Part shown: positions 1 to 9,910 of the stretch, piece after piece | Layout: every line of letters starts with the position of its first letter | Numbering within the stretch: the first letter of the stretch is position 1 | Assembly: GCA_036785375.1 (NCBI GenBank) | Contig: JAWMAR010000243.1 | Location: 1-64,000 of the forward strand | Length of the DNA: 64,000 nt | Source: Leucoraja ocellata | Lineage: Eukaryota | Direction: 5' to 3' | Position numbers and translations under genes: made by a program | The notes under the pieces: model-generated | What the model was told of the DNA's origin: nothing | Database searches by the model: none | Seen by the model: only the letters and a program-made list of their open reading frames with translations

Positions 1-206
1 CTGGTTTCCTCCTGCAGGGAGGGAGTGGGTGGGGAAAGTGGGCTTAACATGGAACACTAGTGTAAACAGATGATCAACGATCAGTGGGGACTGTGCTGAA
101 GGGCCTGTTTCCATGCTGCATCATTTAATCAGTCATGTTCTGTGTGGGCACGGTGGGCTGAAGGACGTGTTCCTGTGCTGTATTCTCACAATACTCTCCT
201 GTTTAG

Positions 207-386
207 ATTCAGGAACTGCATGAAGAAGAGAGTGACTGGGTGGAGTATGCTGCTGATGAGCTCACAGTGAAGATGAGACTAACTGAGGACATCTTTAACA
301 TCCTGGTTGAGGACACAGCAAATATTCTCAGCACCATCTATAGCAAGAGGCTGGCCGAGCAAGAGTTCATCACCTCCACCACATGA
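207..386 (+). CDS. Terminal coding exon of a CEP350-like centrosomal protein (DUF4378-like C-terminus); probably the CCDC187-type paralog; the 5' part of the gene lies outside the window
   Basis: Acceptor ctcctgtttag|ATT at 206/207, then IQELHEEESDWVEYAADELTVKMRLTEDIFNILVEDTANILSTIYSKRLAEQEFITSTT* (TGA 384-386). This resembles the CEP350 C-terminus as I recall it (QELHEEEAQWVNYDEDELCVKMQLADGIFETL). Not in the ORF track because it is under 60 aa and has no own start. Confidence 0.85.
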   Translation: MQELHEEESDWVEYAADELTVKMRLTEDIFNILVEDTANILSTIYSKRLAEQEFITSTT

Positions 387-2281
387 AATTTCAGGCAATG
401 TATCATTGACAATGTACTGGCAACACCAGATGAAGAACCCAGATGTTAAAATGTTTCTCAGAATGTTCATAATCACCACTTAATGTGCAAAATTAAATCC
501 AGGGAATTTAATTAACGCTGAGCAAATGGACATAACGGCCTGATTTGCACTGGGGACATGGTATAACTTGGAAGTTGACAAGCAAGGTGATGGCCATCCA
601 TTGGCAGTGGCCTTACCATAGCACAGGGCACCCACTTCTAGGTTGAAAGTTGTGGGTTTAAGTCTGCCACAAGGACTGTACAAAATCCATGCGAAAATTG
701 GGAATGTTGTGGTACAAGAGGTGCACTTTTTGAGTCTGCTCCTCACGTGGATTTTAAACTTATGCTAGAAGGACAGAGACTTTATCTGATTTTTTAAGGA
801 AATAGAATGTGCAAAAGCTACGAGAAGAGCAAGTACCAGGGATTGCTCTTGGGTAGAACTGGTATGAACCTGACAGTCTAAATGGCCTTTTTGAGAGATG
901 TAACTCCTCTGTGAAATTGAACAGAAATGAGTGCTGAATGGATTCTTCTCTCTTCTGAATCATTCACCAAGGCACTAAATTAGCAGTTACCACAGATGCA
1001 TTTGGATGGATGACTTAATTTAGTCATGTAGCTCACCCTAAGTGTTTAGTCAGGCAGGCGTTTACTGGTTGTTTTCTGTACACAGGTGTTAAATGAAGTC
1101 TATTATGGTGGGCCGTAAAACCAAATGGAACTGAAATATGAACTATACTCATGCTGGACTGTGCTAGAGTCATGTGTGCTCAACTTTAGGCAGTTAAACC
1201 TCCTTAAGAAATATATGGAGCACAGCAGATAAGTTTGGAATTCTTACATTTAGCTTTTAAATACCTTTGCAACTGTAAAATACCTTCCACAACTGTAAAA
1301 TGGTTCACATTTATTGGTATCCTGCAGAACATGGCTATATTAAGAGTGACAAGGAATCTGTTGTGGTGCTGGGCAGCTGTTTAGTATCTGCTCAACATGT
1401 TCTCTGAATGCTGTCCAATAGTTTGACTTTTATATCAGACAATATCAGTGCTTATTTACTGGACAAAAAGGTGCCGGAATGTACCATTAGTAAACATGTG
1501 CCACGTTGCCAGAAAACAAAATAATGTTTAACTTTTTAGAGGCGCCCACCATCATAAAAAGCCTGGACATTACACACCTCAAACATTCTTCAGTTGGAGA
1601 TTAAAGTGACATATATTGAAGGAAGTTAAACCTAGAACATGGAACAGTACAGCACTGGAACAGGCCCTTCTGTCCCCATGGCTGTGCCAAAAATGATGCC
1701 AAGTTAAACTAACAAGTTAAACTAATCTGCTTGCACTTGTTCCATATCCCTCCATTCCCTACATAGCCCTCTAAAAGCCTCTTCAACACCACTATTGTAT
1801 CTAACTCCATCACCACCCCCGGCAATATATTCCAGGCACCCACCTATCACTATAACTCTTAATTATTAAAATTATTCAGCTGTAGAAATGTTTGATATTT
1901 TTAATTCCCCAGCATTGACACAAGGCATTAGGTAAATTAAACATCAGGGACTTGGCTGTGCCTTGTTTTTTATTTCCCTCCTCAGTTTCTGAGCCTTGGG
2001 ATGCTGTTGCCATGACTCTAATCTCCTCAGTGACAGAGATCCACTCATTATAGCACATGCCTTCCAAATCTGAAAGAAAATTAGAAAATGCTGGAAATAT
2101 TCAGCAGGTCAGGCCTCATCTGTGGGAAGAGCAATGGAGCTAATGTTTCAGGTCGAAGACCCCTTCATTAGAGACGGGAGGTTCCTGTGCTTCTACTGTT
2201 CTATGTTCTACAAGAGCTATATGTGTAAAGGCTCAATAACCATGAGATTTACCAAACAAATTGAATAATTTAAACCTTTAT

Positions 2282-2478
2282 GAAGATAGACACAAAATGC
2301 TGGAGTAACTCAGCGGACAGGCAAGAATGGGTGACGTTTCGGGTCAAGACCCTTCTTCAGACTGAAACGTCATGTGACCCATTCCTTCTACCCAGAGATG
2401 TTGCCTGTCACACTGAGTTACTCCAGCATTTTGTCTATCTTCGGTATAAACCAGCATCTGCAGTTCCTTCCTACACAT
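2282..2478. mobile_element. Fold-back Penelope-terminus mini-element with a hammerhead core on the minus strand (2333-2360)
   Basis: gaagatagacacaaaatgctggagtaactcag ... ctgagttactccagcattttgtctatcttc inverted arms, plus the end motif accagcatctgcagttccttcctacac shared with many copies in the window. Confidence 0.75.
2333..2360 (-). ncRNA. Minimal type-I hammerhead ribozyme motif (putative)
   Basis: Minus strand CUGAAGA A GGGUC UU GACCC GAAA CG UC: all conserved core nucleotides present; helix I weak in this copy. Confidence 0.55.
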
Positions 2479-3508
2479 TATTCCTTTGTGAAATTAGAAT
2501 GAACGTTAATTAGAATTATCCATGTGGAATTATGTCTAATTTTAAGCAGTTATAACTTTTAAACATAGTAATAATCTCATTGGAAATTCTGTTTTATAAC
2601 AATTCTTAATTATTACAAATATTCAGTTGTAAGCAATTGATGGTGTGGCAGTAACACCAGTTATGTTATGAACATGGATGATCATTTTTTCCTTTTTACT
2701 ATTGATAACATTGGGTAAATTTATCCTTTTGAGTTAAAGAGCCAACAGACCTGATTGTTCTAAGTTTCTCAATTTCAAAACTGAAAACTGACTTTTGTTG
2801 CACTTTATAACTTTGGTAAAAAATGGCTTGACTTTCAAGGTGATTAATGATCATGACAAATTTGTAACTTTATTTAGATCAATGGAAATTAATATTCCGT
2901 TATTTCATGTTGAGATCAGTCTTTCCTTGGTGCAGATTATTAGGGAAAAGTCTAATACAAAGGAGAGACAATATTGAGCTCAAAACTAGTGTTGAAATAG
3001 GGTCCTGACCCGAAGTATCTTCCATACATTTCCCTCCACAGATGCTGCCTGACTTGCTGAGTCCCTCCTATTTTAATTTTTCCCAAGCACTGATGAAATA
3101 CATCAACTTCCTACAGCATTTTGCTGCAAGAACCAGACAGCATGCTATTATTCTGCTTTGAGGAAAATAATAATCAACGTTAAATTTTAAAATATTCACC
3201 ATGTACCTATGTCATTGAGTGATCTGTTATACGTTTTCCTGTTTTGTTATTCAAAGGTGATTTGCAGTGAGCTTGTATTGTATATTTATTACTCAGATTT
3301 TAATTTTTAACAAAGTTGGGCCATGATACAAATTAATGAATCATGATAATTCACTTCTGAAATCTTCCAAATGAGTCATGTAATTGTCCAAATTATGGCA
3401 AGGCAATCATTTAAATAATAACAATGGAAACTTAAAAAATTTATATATATCCATTGGAAAGTTCTTATTACTTGTTGTATTTTTAAAACCATGTTTGTAT
3501 TTTTATGA

Positions 3509-3514
3509 AATAAA
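3509..3514 (+). terminator. Probable polyadenylation signal of the upstream CEP350-like gene (3' UTR about 387-3535)
   Basis: AATAAA preceded by TGTA/U-rich elements (ttgttgtat, tgtttgtatttt) and followed by GU-rich aatgttttgtt. Confidence 0.55.
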
Positions 3515-4704
3515 GCTTGCAATGTTTTGTTAACAGCTGGAAATCAGCTTGTCCTTATTTTGTCCTGAGGGTGGAAGTGTGGAAGACATTTTGATTCTGC
3601 TCTGGTCTGGCCAATCTTTAGTTTCACATTATGAAACAAAAACGAATTAGTCCTTCGCATATTTTACAAATTTATTTTGTTGCTCTGACTTTGACATTAT
3701 AATGAACAATTACAACTCAGAAAAGCTTAGTTAACGGCAAAATGGGTCTGATATCTGGAAAGGAATGTGAAAAGCATCATCGAAAACAAAATTGTTTCTT
3801 TTCTCATCCACTAAATGTTGCACCCTTTATCCTTTATCTCTACACTGTAGACAGATTGATTTTATTCATGTATGGTCTTTTCTTTGACTGGATAGCACGC
3901 AAACAAAAGCTTTTCATTGTACCTCTGTACGTATAACAATAATAAACTAAAGTAAACTATCTTTGCTTCCATTGGTCTTTTAGATGTTGCAACAATTCCA
4001 TAATACAAATGCAGACCTAACATGACGATGTATTGAATTAATTTCTGGTCACACTCTATGCAAAGGTGGTGAAGAGATTTACTAAAATTTCAGGCATAAA
4101 GGATTTCGGCTACATTTTGTTTCTGATACAAATGACACTGCAGGGTAGAAGAGGTCTATTTTACATTTTACATGCTGAGACCTGAAAGCTGATTAAAAAC
4201 ATTTTTAATTCCAGCTTGAGTGTCCTATGTGTTAAAAGGCTGAGATCAACATCTACATGATGCTAATGCTGCGCTGTGTCAGATTTTAGCAGCTCGATGA
4301 ACATTGTGTACCATACAAATAGAAAATAAATGTTTCAGGATAAAATTGTTTGTGCAGTCCAGAATATGCAAGTACAAAGGAGGCTGTTCAATGAGAAGAA
4401 ACTGAATTTTACACTTACATTTGATATTGCCTCTGCAATGAAGGCAGCAGTCAAACAAGCATAGGATTTTGAAATTGCCCAATGAAAGATCAGAGTGTGA
4501 CCATGTTCTGGGCTAGCTCTGTGGCATTTCCAAGTAAAGGAAAGAACAAGAATAGCAATAATTATCATTGTGGAAGCACAGCATTCAACTGAGTCTTTGA
4601 TGTAAAAAGTTGACACAAGGCAACAGTTTACTTGAAAGCCAAGCAAGATGATATCAAACTTGAGGCCAAACTGAGTGAGTGCCTGGAATATGCTGGCAGG
4701 GGTG

Positions 4705-4978
4705 GGTCAAGTCAAGTTTATTTGTCACATACACATACGAGATGTGCAGTGAAATGAAAGTGGCAAAGCTCGCGGACTTTTGTGCAAAAAGACAAACAAC
4801 CAAACAAACTATAAACACAATCATAAACACGCAATTTCTTTTACATAATAAATAATGGAAGGAAAAACGTTCAGTAGAGTTAGTCCCTGGTGTGATAGGC
4901 GTTTACAGACCGAATGGCCTCTGGGTAGAAACTCCTTCTCAACCTCTCCGTTCTCACCGCATGGCAACGGAGGCGTTT
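4705..4978 (-). mobile_element. Rex/Babar-type LINE 3' end nested in a CR1 3' fragment (about 4675-5145)
   Basis: gtcaagtcaag tail and tttatttgtcac...gcagtgaaatg 3' motif; it splits the CR1 sequence ggcaggggtgg|gaagcagat. Confidence 0.55.
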
Positions 4979-5422
4979 GGAAGCAGATAGGGTAGAAACA
5001 TTTCAGAGGGTTTTGGGTGGGATATGCTTGGAATGGAGGAATATGGATCATGTGCTGGCTGAGGAGATTTGTTTGTCTTGGCAGGGTCATCACAAACATT
5101 ATGGGCTGAAGGGCTTGTTCCTGTGTGGTACTGTTCCATGTTCTGTAAAAACCTGATTTACAGGTTGATTCGCATCTGATTTACATCTGAAAATCTGATT
5201 TACATAAACACCTAATACAACTTTAATCCTTTGTGAAATTGGAATGAAAGTTAATTACTATAGGTAGTTGAGCTCAATACTATTGTTGGAGTAGAGTCCT
5301 GACGCAAAGTATCATCCACATACTTCCCTTCACAGATACGATCTGACCCACAGCATCCCTCCAATCTTGGGCTTCTCAACCACAGTTGAATTCACAGCAT
5401 GATTTTCATCACTCTGAACTCC

Positions 5423-5910
5423 AATCATAATCATACATTTATAGCCAAGTATGTTTTGCAACATACAAGGAATTTGATTTACCATATAGTCATCCCAATA
5501 AAAAGCAATAGAACACACTAAATACATTATAACATGAACATCCACCATAGTGGCTCCTCTGCATTCCTCACTGTGATGGAAGGTGAAAAAAAGTTAAATC
5601 TCTCCCTTCTTTGTCCTCCAGTGGTCAGGGACCTCCAACCTTCCGTTGACAGGACGATCTTACTCCCATAGCCGGCGGCAGGTCTCCTCGTCGGGACGAT
5701 CAAGTTCCTGCATCTGAGGGAAATCTCGGCTCCGCCGCACCGAGCAATCTACCGCAGGTCGGGGCTGGTCATGCGGCTTTTGGAGCTTCCCGATATCAGT
5801 CTCAACCTGAGACTGCGAGCTCCTTGACGTTAAAGTCCGCAATGTTAGGAATAGGTGATGTCCGTAAAGATCCCAGGCAAGGAATCGGCTCCGATGTTAA
5901 GTCCACAATG
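5423..5910 (-). mobile_element. Non-autonomous retroelement, copy A (related to 26041-26845 and 40510-41275)
   Basis: Shared ccttccatcacagtg block, 3' hairpin gtatgtt-gcaa-aacatac, and (atgatt)-type tail. Confidence 0.7.
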
Positions 5911-6026
5911 TTAGGAATGGGTGATGTTTCGGGTCGAGACCTTCTGAAGAGTCCCACTAAATTACTCCAGCTTTTTGTGTCTATCTTCTGTGTAAACCAG
6001 CATCTGCAGTTCCTTCCTACACCTAT

Positions 6027-6175
6027 CTTCATACCGTTGCATTGTCAGCTACCCTAGGGTTTTGGAGGTGTTGTTCCTCCAGTTTATGTGCGGCCTTATT
6101 ATGGGAATGGTGGAGGCCCAGGACAGAAAGGATGTTGTTGAATGGGGAGGGGGAGTTAAAATGATTTGCAATCCA
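6027..6175 (-). mobile_element. Degenerate Penelope GIY-YIG C-terminal fragment, flanked by PLE-terminus copies (5910-6025, 6215-6330)
   Basis: Aligns by eye with 9120-9260 (ttcataccgttgcattgtcagctacc vs ttcataccattggattgtaagctac; ggaggcccaggacagaaagg; ggggagttaaaatgatt). Confidence 0.65.
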
Positions 6176-6984
6176 CCTTATGGACCACATGTGTTAAAGT
6201 TTCTCTCAAACTCGATAGATACAAATTGCTAGAGTAACTTAGCAGGACAGGCAGCATCTCTGGAGAGAAGGAATGGGTGACGTTTCACGTCAAGACTCTT
6301 CTTCAGAGATGCTGCCTGTTCCGCTGAATAAGCAAGTTCAGTATTCTGAAAAAACGTATTTGACAAATCCCATGATTCCTTTGCGGGAACTGCTGCTCAG
6401 CGATTCCCCTTGCTGCACCGACTGAGGTTAGAGCTTCGTGTTGGGGAGAATCGCACCTGCCCTTCCGCCACAGTGAGTGGGACCCGAATCCCTCAGCATC
6501 GTCACAGAGCGACCTTGGCGGGCCGGTGACCGTGGCTGCCGGTTGGTCCTCTCGACGCCGGAGCAGCGGAGGGGGAGGGTAGGTGCAATTCTCCCCAGAC
6601 CCGGAGCTCCAGCCTCAGTCGATGCAGCGACGGGAATCGGTGAGCAGCGGTTCCCGCAAAGGAGAGGTGGTCAGTGGGATAGATGGCGGGAGAGAGGAGA
6701 CAGGGACTGGTGAACGGGAGAGGGGCTTATTTCCCCCCCGCGCCGGCTGCAAGTCCGGGGTCGCCACCAGACAGGGACGGGTACATCTGGCCACCCTTCT
6801 GCATGGACCAGTGGAGAAGGGGGAACTAGTGTCGCTAACTCCAGTAACAATCCAACAGCGCTTGCAGCGTGGGAGACCCAGTTCGATCCAATGTTTATCT
6901 ACAGTAACCTGTAACATGGGCATGCGCCATCTGAATACCGAACTCGCTTATTGTTCCAGCTTTTTGTGTCTATCTTCGGTGTAA

Positions 6985-7130
6985 GATAGTTATATGGACG
7001 GGAAGGGAATGGAGGGTTATGGTCTGAGCGCAGGTATATGGGACTAGGGGAGATTATGTGTTCGGCACGGACTAGAAGGGTCGAGATGGCCTGTTTCCGT
7101 GCTGCAATTGTTATATGGTTATGTGGTTAT
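6985..7130 (+). mobile_element. CR1 LINE 3' end
   Basis: atggagggttatgg...ggcctgtttccgtgctg with an (atatggtt)-type tail. Confidence 0.65.
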
Positions 7131-7177
7131 CTGTAGTGCCTTCCTGCAGATTTCTCTCGTAAAGTATCCAAGCTCCC

Positions 7178-7345
7178 GTGACGTAACAGCAGCCGCGTTT
7201 GCCCCGGAGCCGCACGCCCCGCCCCCTCCCCGTGACGTCAGGCGGCGACGCGGGTGAGAGGTGACGTCACAGGAGCTGCGGTTGCCCCGGAGCCGGACGC
7301 CCGCCCCCTCCCCGTGACGTCAGGCGGCGGCGTCGTGGGTGAGAG
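7178..7345. repeat. Two-copy tandem duplication (83 and 85 bp) in the QSOX2 promoter
   Basis: Units 7178-7260 and 7261-7345 both read gtgacgt.acag.agc.gcg.ttgccccggagccg.acgccc(c)gccccctccccgtgacgtcaggcggcg..gggtgagag; a third gtgacg starts at 7346. Confidence 0.9.
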
Positions 7346-7381
7346 GTGACGCGGCTCGAGCGGCTGGCGGCCGTTGGGAAG

Positions 7382-7655
7382 ATGGTGGCGCCGGGTCGGG
7401 GCAAGTGCTCGAGCTCCCGTGCTCTGCTCGCCCTCACCGCCGCCACCCTCACGCTGCTGGGGCAGCTGCTGCGCCATGGACACGCCGCCAGCCTGTACGG
7501 CGGGGAGGACGCGGTGGTCATCCTGGAGGCCCAGGCGGTCAAGGCGCTGCTGGCCAACTCGCCCAGCGCCTGGGTGGTGGAGTTCTACTCGTCCTGGTGC
7601 GGCCACTGCGTTAGCTTCGCCCCCACCTGGAGAACGCTGGCCCGAGATGTCCAAG
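7382..7655 (+). CDS. QSOX2: QSOX2 exon 1: signal peptide and Trx1 WCGHC
   Basis: aagATGG Kozak context; MVAPGRGK...[11 protein letters not shown]...[26 protein letters not shown]; donor CAAG|gtgagg, phase 1. Confidence 0.95.
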
Positions 7656-7689
7656 GTGAGGCCCGCAGGGGAACTAACACCGTTACCTC

Positions 7690-8370
7690 GGGGCACACTA
7701 AGTGCTCGACTAACTCAGCGGGTCTCCGCAGGTCAGGCGGCATGTGTAGGAAGGGGCGGCATATGTTGGTTTTCGGCTCTGAAGTAGGGTCTCGACTCGA
7801 AACGTCACCCATTCTTTCTCTCCAGAGATGCTGCCAGTCCCGCTGAGTTACTCCAGCATTTTATGTCTGGACAGGCGACGTGTCGGGTCGGGACTCTTCA
7901 GAAGAAAAGAAACCTCGCCTATCCATGATCTCCTGAGAGACCCTTCTTCAGACTGGTTACAAGCTCCTGACCCAAAGCGACACCCAGATGCTGAGATGTT
8001 GCCTCGCCCGCTGAGTTACCCCAGCACTTTGTGTCTTTTTTTTGTAAACCAGCATTACAGTTCTTTATGTCTCCAGTTACATTGGGATGGTCCCGGAACT
8101 GACTGTGAGCCTTGATCTGTGTTATGAATGTTTTGGATTTCCACGTCACTAAAGCTGCAAAACATGCCGTAGCCTCACAATCCGTCTATTAAGAGAGAAG
8201 AGATTGCAGATGCTGAAATCTTGAGCAAAAAAAAAGTGGTGGATTAACGCAATTGATCTGTGGAGGGAGTGGACAGCCAAGATTTCAGGTCAGGACGCTG
8301 AGGACGTCGACTGTCCACTTACTCCACTGATCCGCTGAGTGACTCCAGTACTTTGTGCGTTTTTTTGTAA
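7690..8370. mobile_element. Cluster of PLE-terminus mini-elements at the start of QSOX2 intron 1
   Basis: Repeated aactcagcgggtc / gctgagttactccagc motifs; a hammerhead-like core with one substitution at 7779-7806. Confidence 0.7.
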
Positions 8371-9097
8371 ATCGTGTGATTATTATGTATTTGGTGATGT
8401 ACTTGGTGTGTTGGTGATCAGGAGAATCTGGAGGGATGGAAGATAAAGGGAATGTTGATGGTGAGATGCTGCTGTTCTATGATCTAGATCCAGTCATGAT
8501 GAAGGAACAGCAGTGTACTCTCTAGTCAAGGCGACACTCGACCAGCAGGGGGACCAGGTCAGAGTGTTCCCAAAAAACTAAAGTGTTGGAAGTGTTCAGG
8601 CTGATTGTAGTAGGAAGAGGAAAACTGGTCTCAGATAAGGTGTGGAGTGAAATCTAAAGCCGGAGAAAGGGATATAACAGCAAATGTCCGCTGTTCACTT
8701 CCGCTGGATTGGCACCTTCAGCTCCCTCTTTAATTTACCTTAGTTTCTATCTTTTTTTGACTGTAAATCTAGGTAGCTGTGCCTCACAGTCACCCCGACT
8801 GGCACAATAAATTGCAGATCAAAACCTGGCCGTTTTCTATGTTTTTAACGGGTGGGAAAGTGCGTGTTTTCCCATCCACTAACATGTACCGGATGTCTAG
8901 CATGTCCTCCACTTGAGATTTTCGGTCACGTGGGTGCGGATCTACGCTCTAGTGACCTTTCGTGAAATCACCCTATAGTGGAAGGGGACAGGGGGGAACA
9001 AGGGATGGGATAGTGAGGAGTGGAAGATGGTGGGGTGAGATAATGGATGCACATCAAGGTGGGGATGCTGAGGAGGGAGATATTACAGGTGGGGGTG

Positions 9098-9360
9098 TTA
9101 CATAAAATTAGAGAATTCAATGTTCATACCATTGGATTGTAAGCTACATAAGCAGAGTACAAGGTGCTGTTCCTCCAATTTGCATAGGGCCTCACTCTGG
9201 CAATGGAGGAGGCCACGGACAGAAAGGTTAGTATGGGAAGGGGAGTTAAAATGATTAGCAACTGGTTTGATCCCGGAGGCCTTGGCAGACACACGCAAGT
9301 GTTCGGTGAAATAATCACCTGATCTGCATTTGGTGTTGCTGATGTAAAGGAAGCAGTTCC
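9098..9360 (-). mobile_element. Penelope-like element, degenerate GIY-YIG endonuclease C-terminus
   Basis: ORF 9098..9406 (-): ...TEHLRVS...PVANHFNSPSH...VRGLLHCQSEALCKLEEQHLVLCLCSLQSNGMNIEFSNF, matching the PLE pattern EH..(P)VA.HFN...H....E..(L).(S)L.P.G.N. Confidence 0.8.
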
Positions 9361-9489
9361 TTGTATCTACATTTAAATTGGGATTGTCCCAATCATGGTT
9401 GTGCATGTCAGACTTTTGCTCTGCTGTTGAACGTTTTGGATTACCACAGCTTTAAAACTATAAAACTTTATTTCACCAATCAATCCGTC

Positions 9490-9910
9490 TCTATAAGGAG
9501 AGATTGGACGAGCTTAGATTGTTTTCTCTGGAGACTCGGAGTTTGAGGAGAGACCTGATATAGGTAAATAAAATTACGAGGGGCATAGACAGTCAGAACC
9601 TTTATCCCAGATTGGCAAATGTCAAAGACGAGAGAGCATAACTTTATGGTGTTAGGTGCAAAGTTTAAAGGAGATGCGCTGGGCAAGTTTTTGTTTTACA
9701 GAGTGGAGGCCTGTAACGCAATGCCAGGGGTGGTGATGGAGGCAGACACAATACTGGTGTTGAAGATGAGTTTAGATAAGCACATGGATCTGCTGGGAAT
9801 GGAGAGATATGGATCATGTGCAAGCAGAGAAGATTAATTTAACTTGATATCATGTTCAGTGTGGACTGAAGTGCCAGCACCTGTGCTAAACTGTTCTATG
9901 TCTATGTCTA
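9490..9910 (+). mobile_element. CR1 LINE 3' fragment
   Basis: Degenerate (R)L.GDLI.V.KI...D...TR.H..KV.G RT C-terminus and CR1 3' UTR with ctatgt tail. Confidence 0.75.

Larger units (their letters stand above)
7170..7700 (+). promoter_or_regulatory. CpG island and TATA-less promoter with 5' exon of QSOX2; CRE and GC-box sites
   Basis: Very high GC and CpG. TGACGTCA at 7233-7240, 7262-7269 and 7315-7322; TGACGTAA at 7179-7186; GC boxes near 7217-7226 and 7300-7308. Confidence 0.85.

Noticed and set aside
6858-6890. tRNA-like sequence (gcttgcagcgtgggagacccagttcgatcc)
   Set aside because: Only a B-box-like T arm; no A box, D arm or acceptor stem. At most a decayed SINE head.
7238-7846. Several overlapping ORFs on both strands around exon 1, and the GTG-initiated extension from 7346
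   Set aside because: Stop codons are rare in a GC-rich island. Only the frame with WCGHC is supported; ATG 7382 has good Kozak context and starts a signal peptide.
8665-8977. CpG-containing insert ending in gtgaaatcaccctata, possibly a DNA-transposon end inside the Penelope relic
   Set aside because: No matching second TIR or TSD found, so it cannot be classified.
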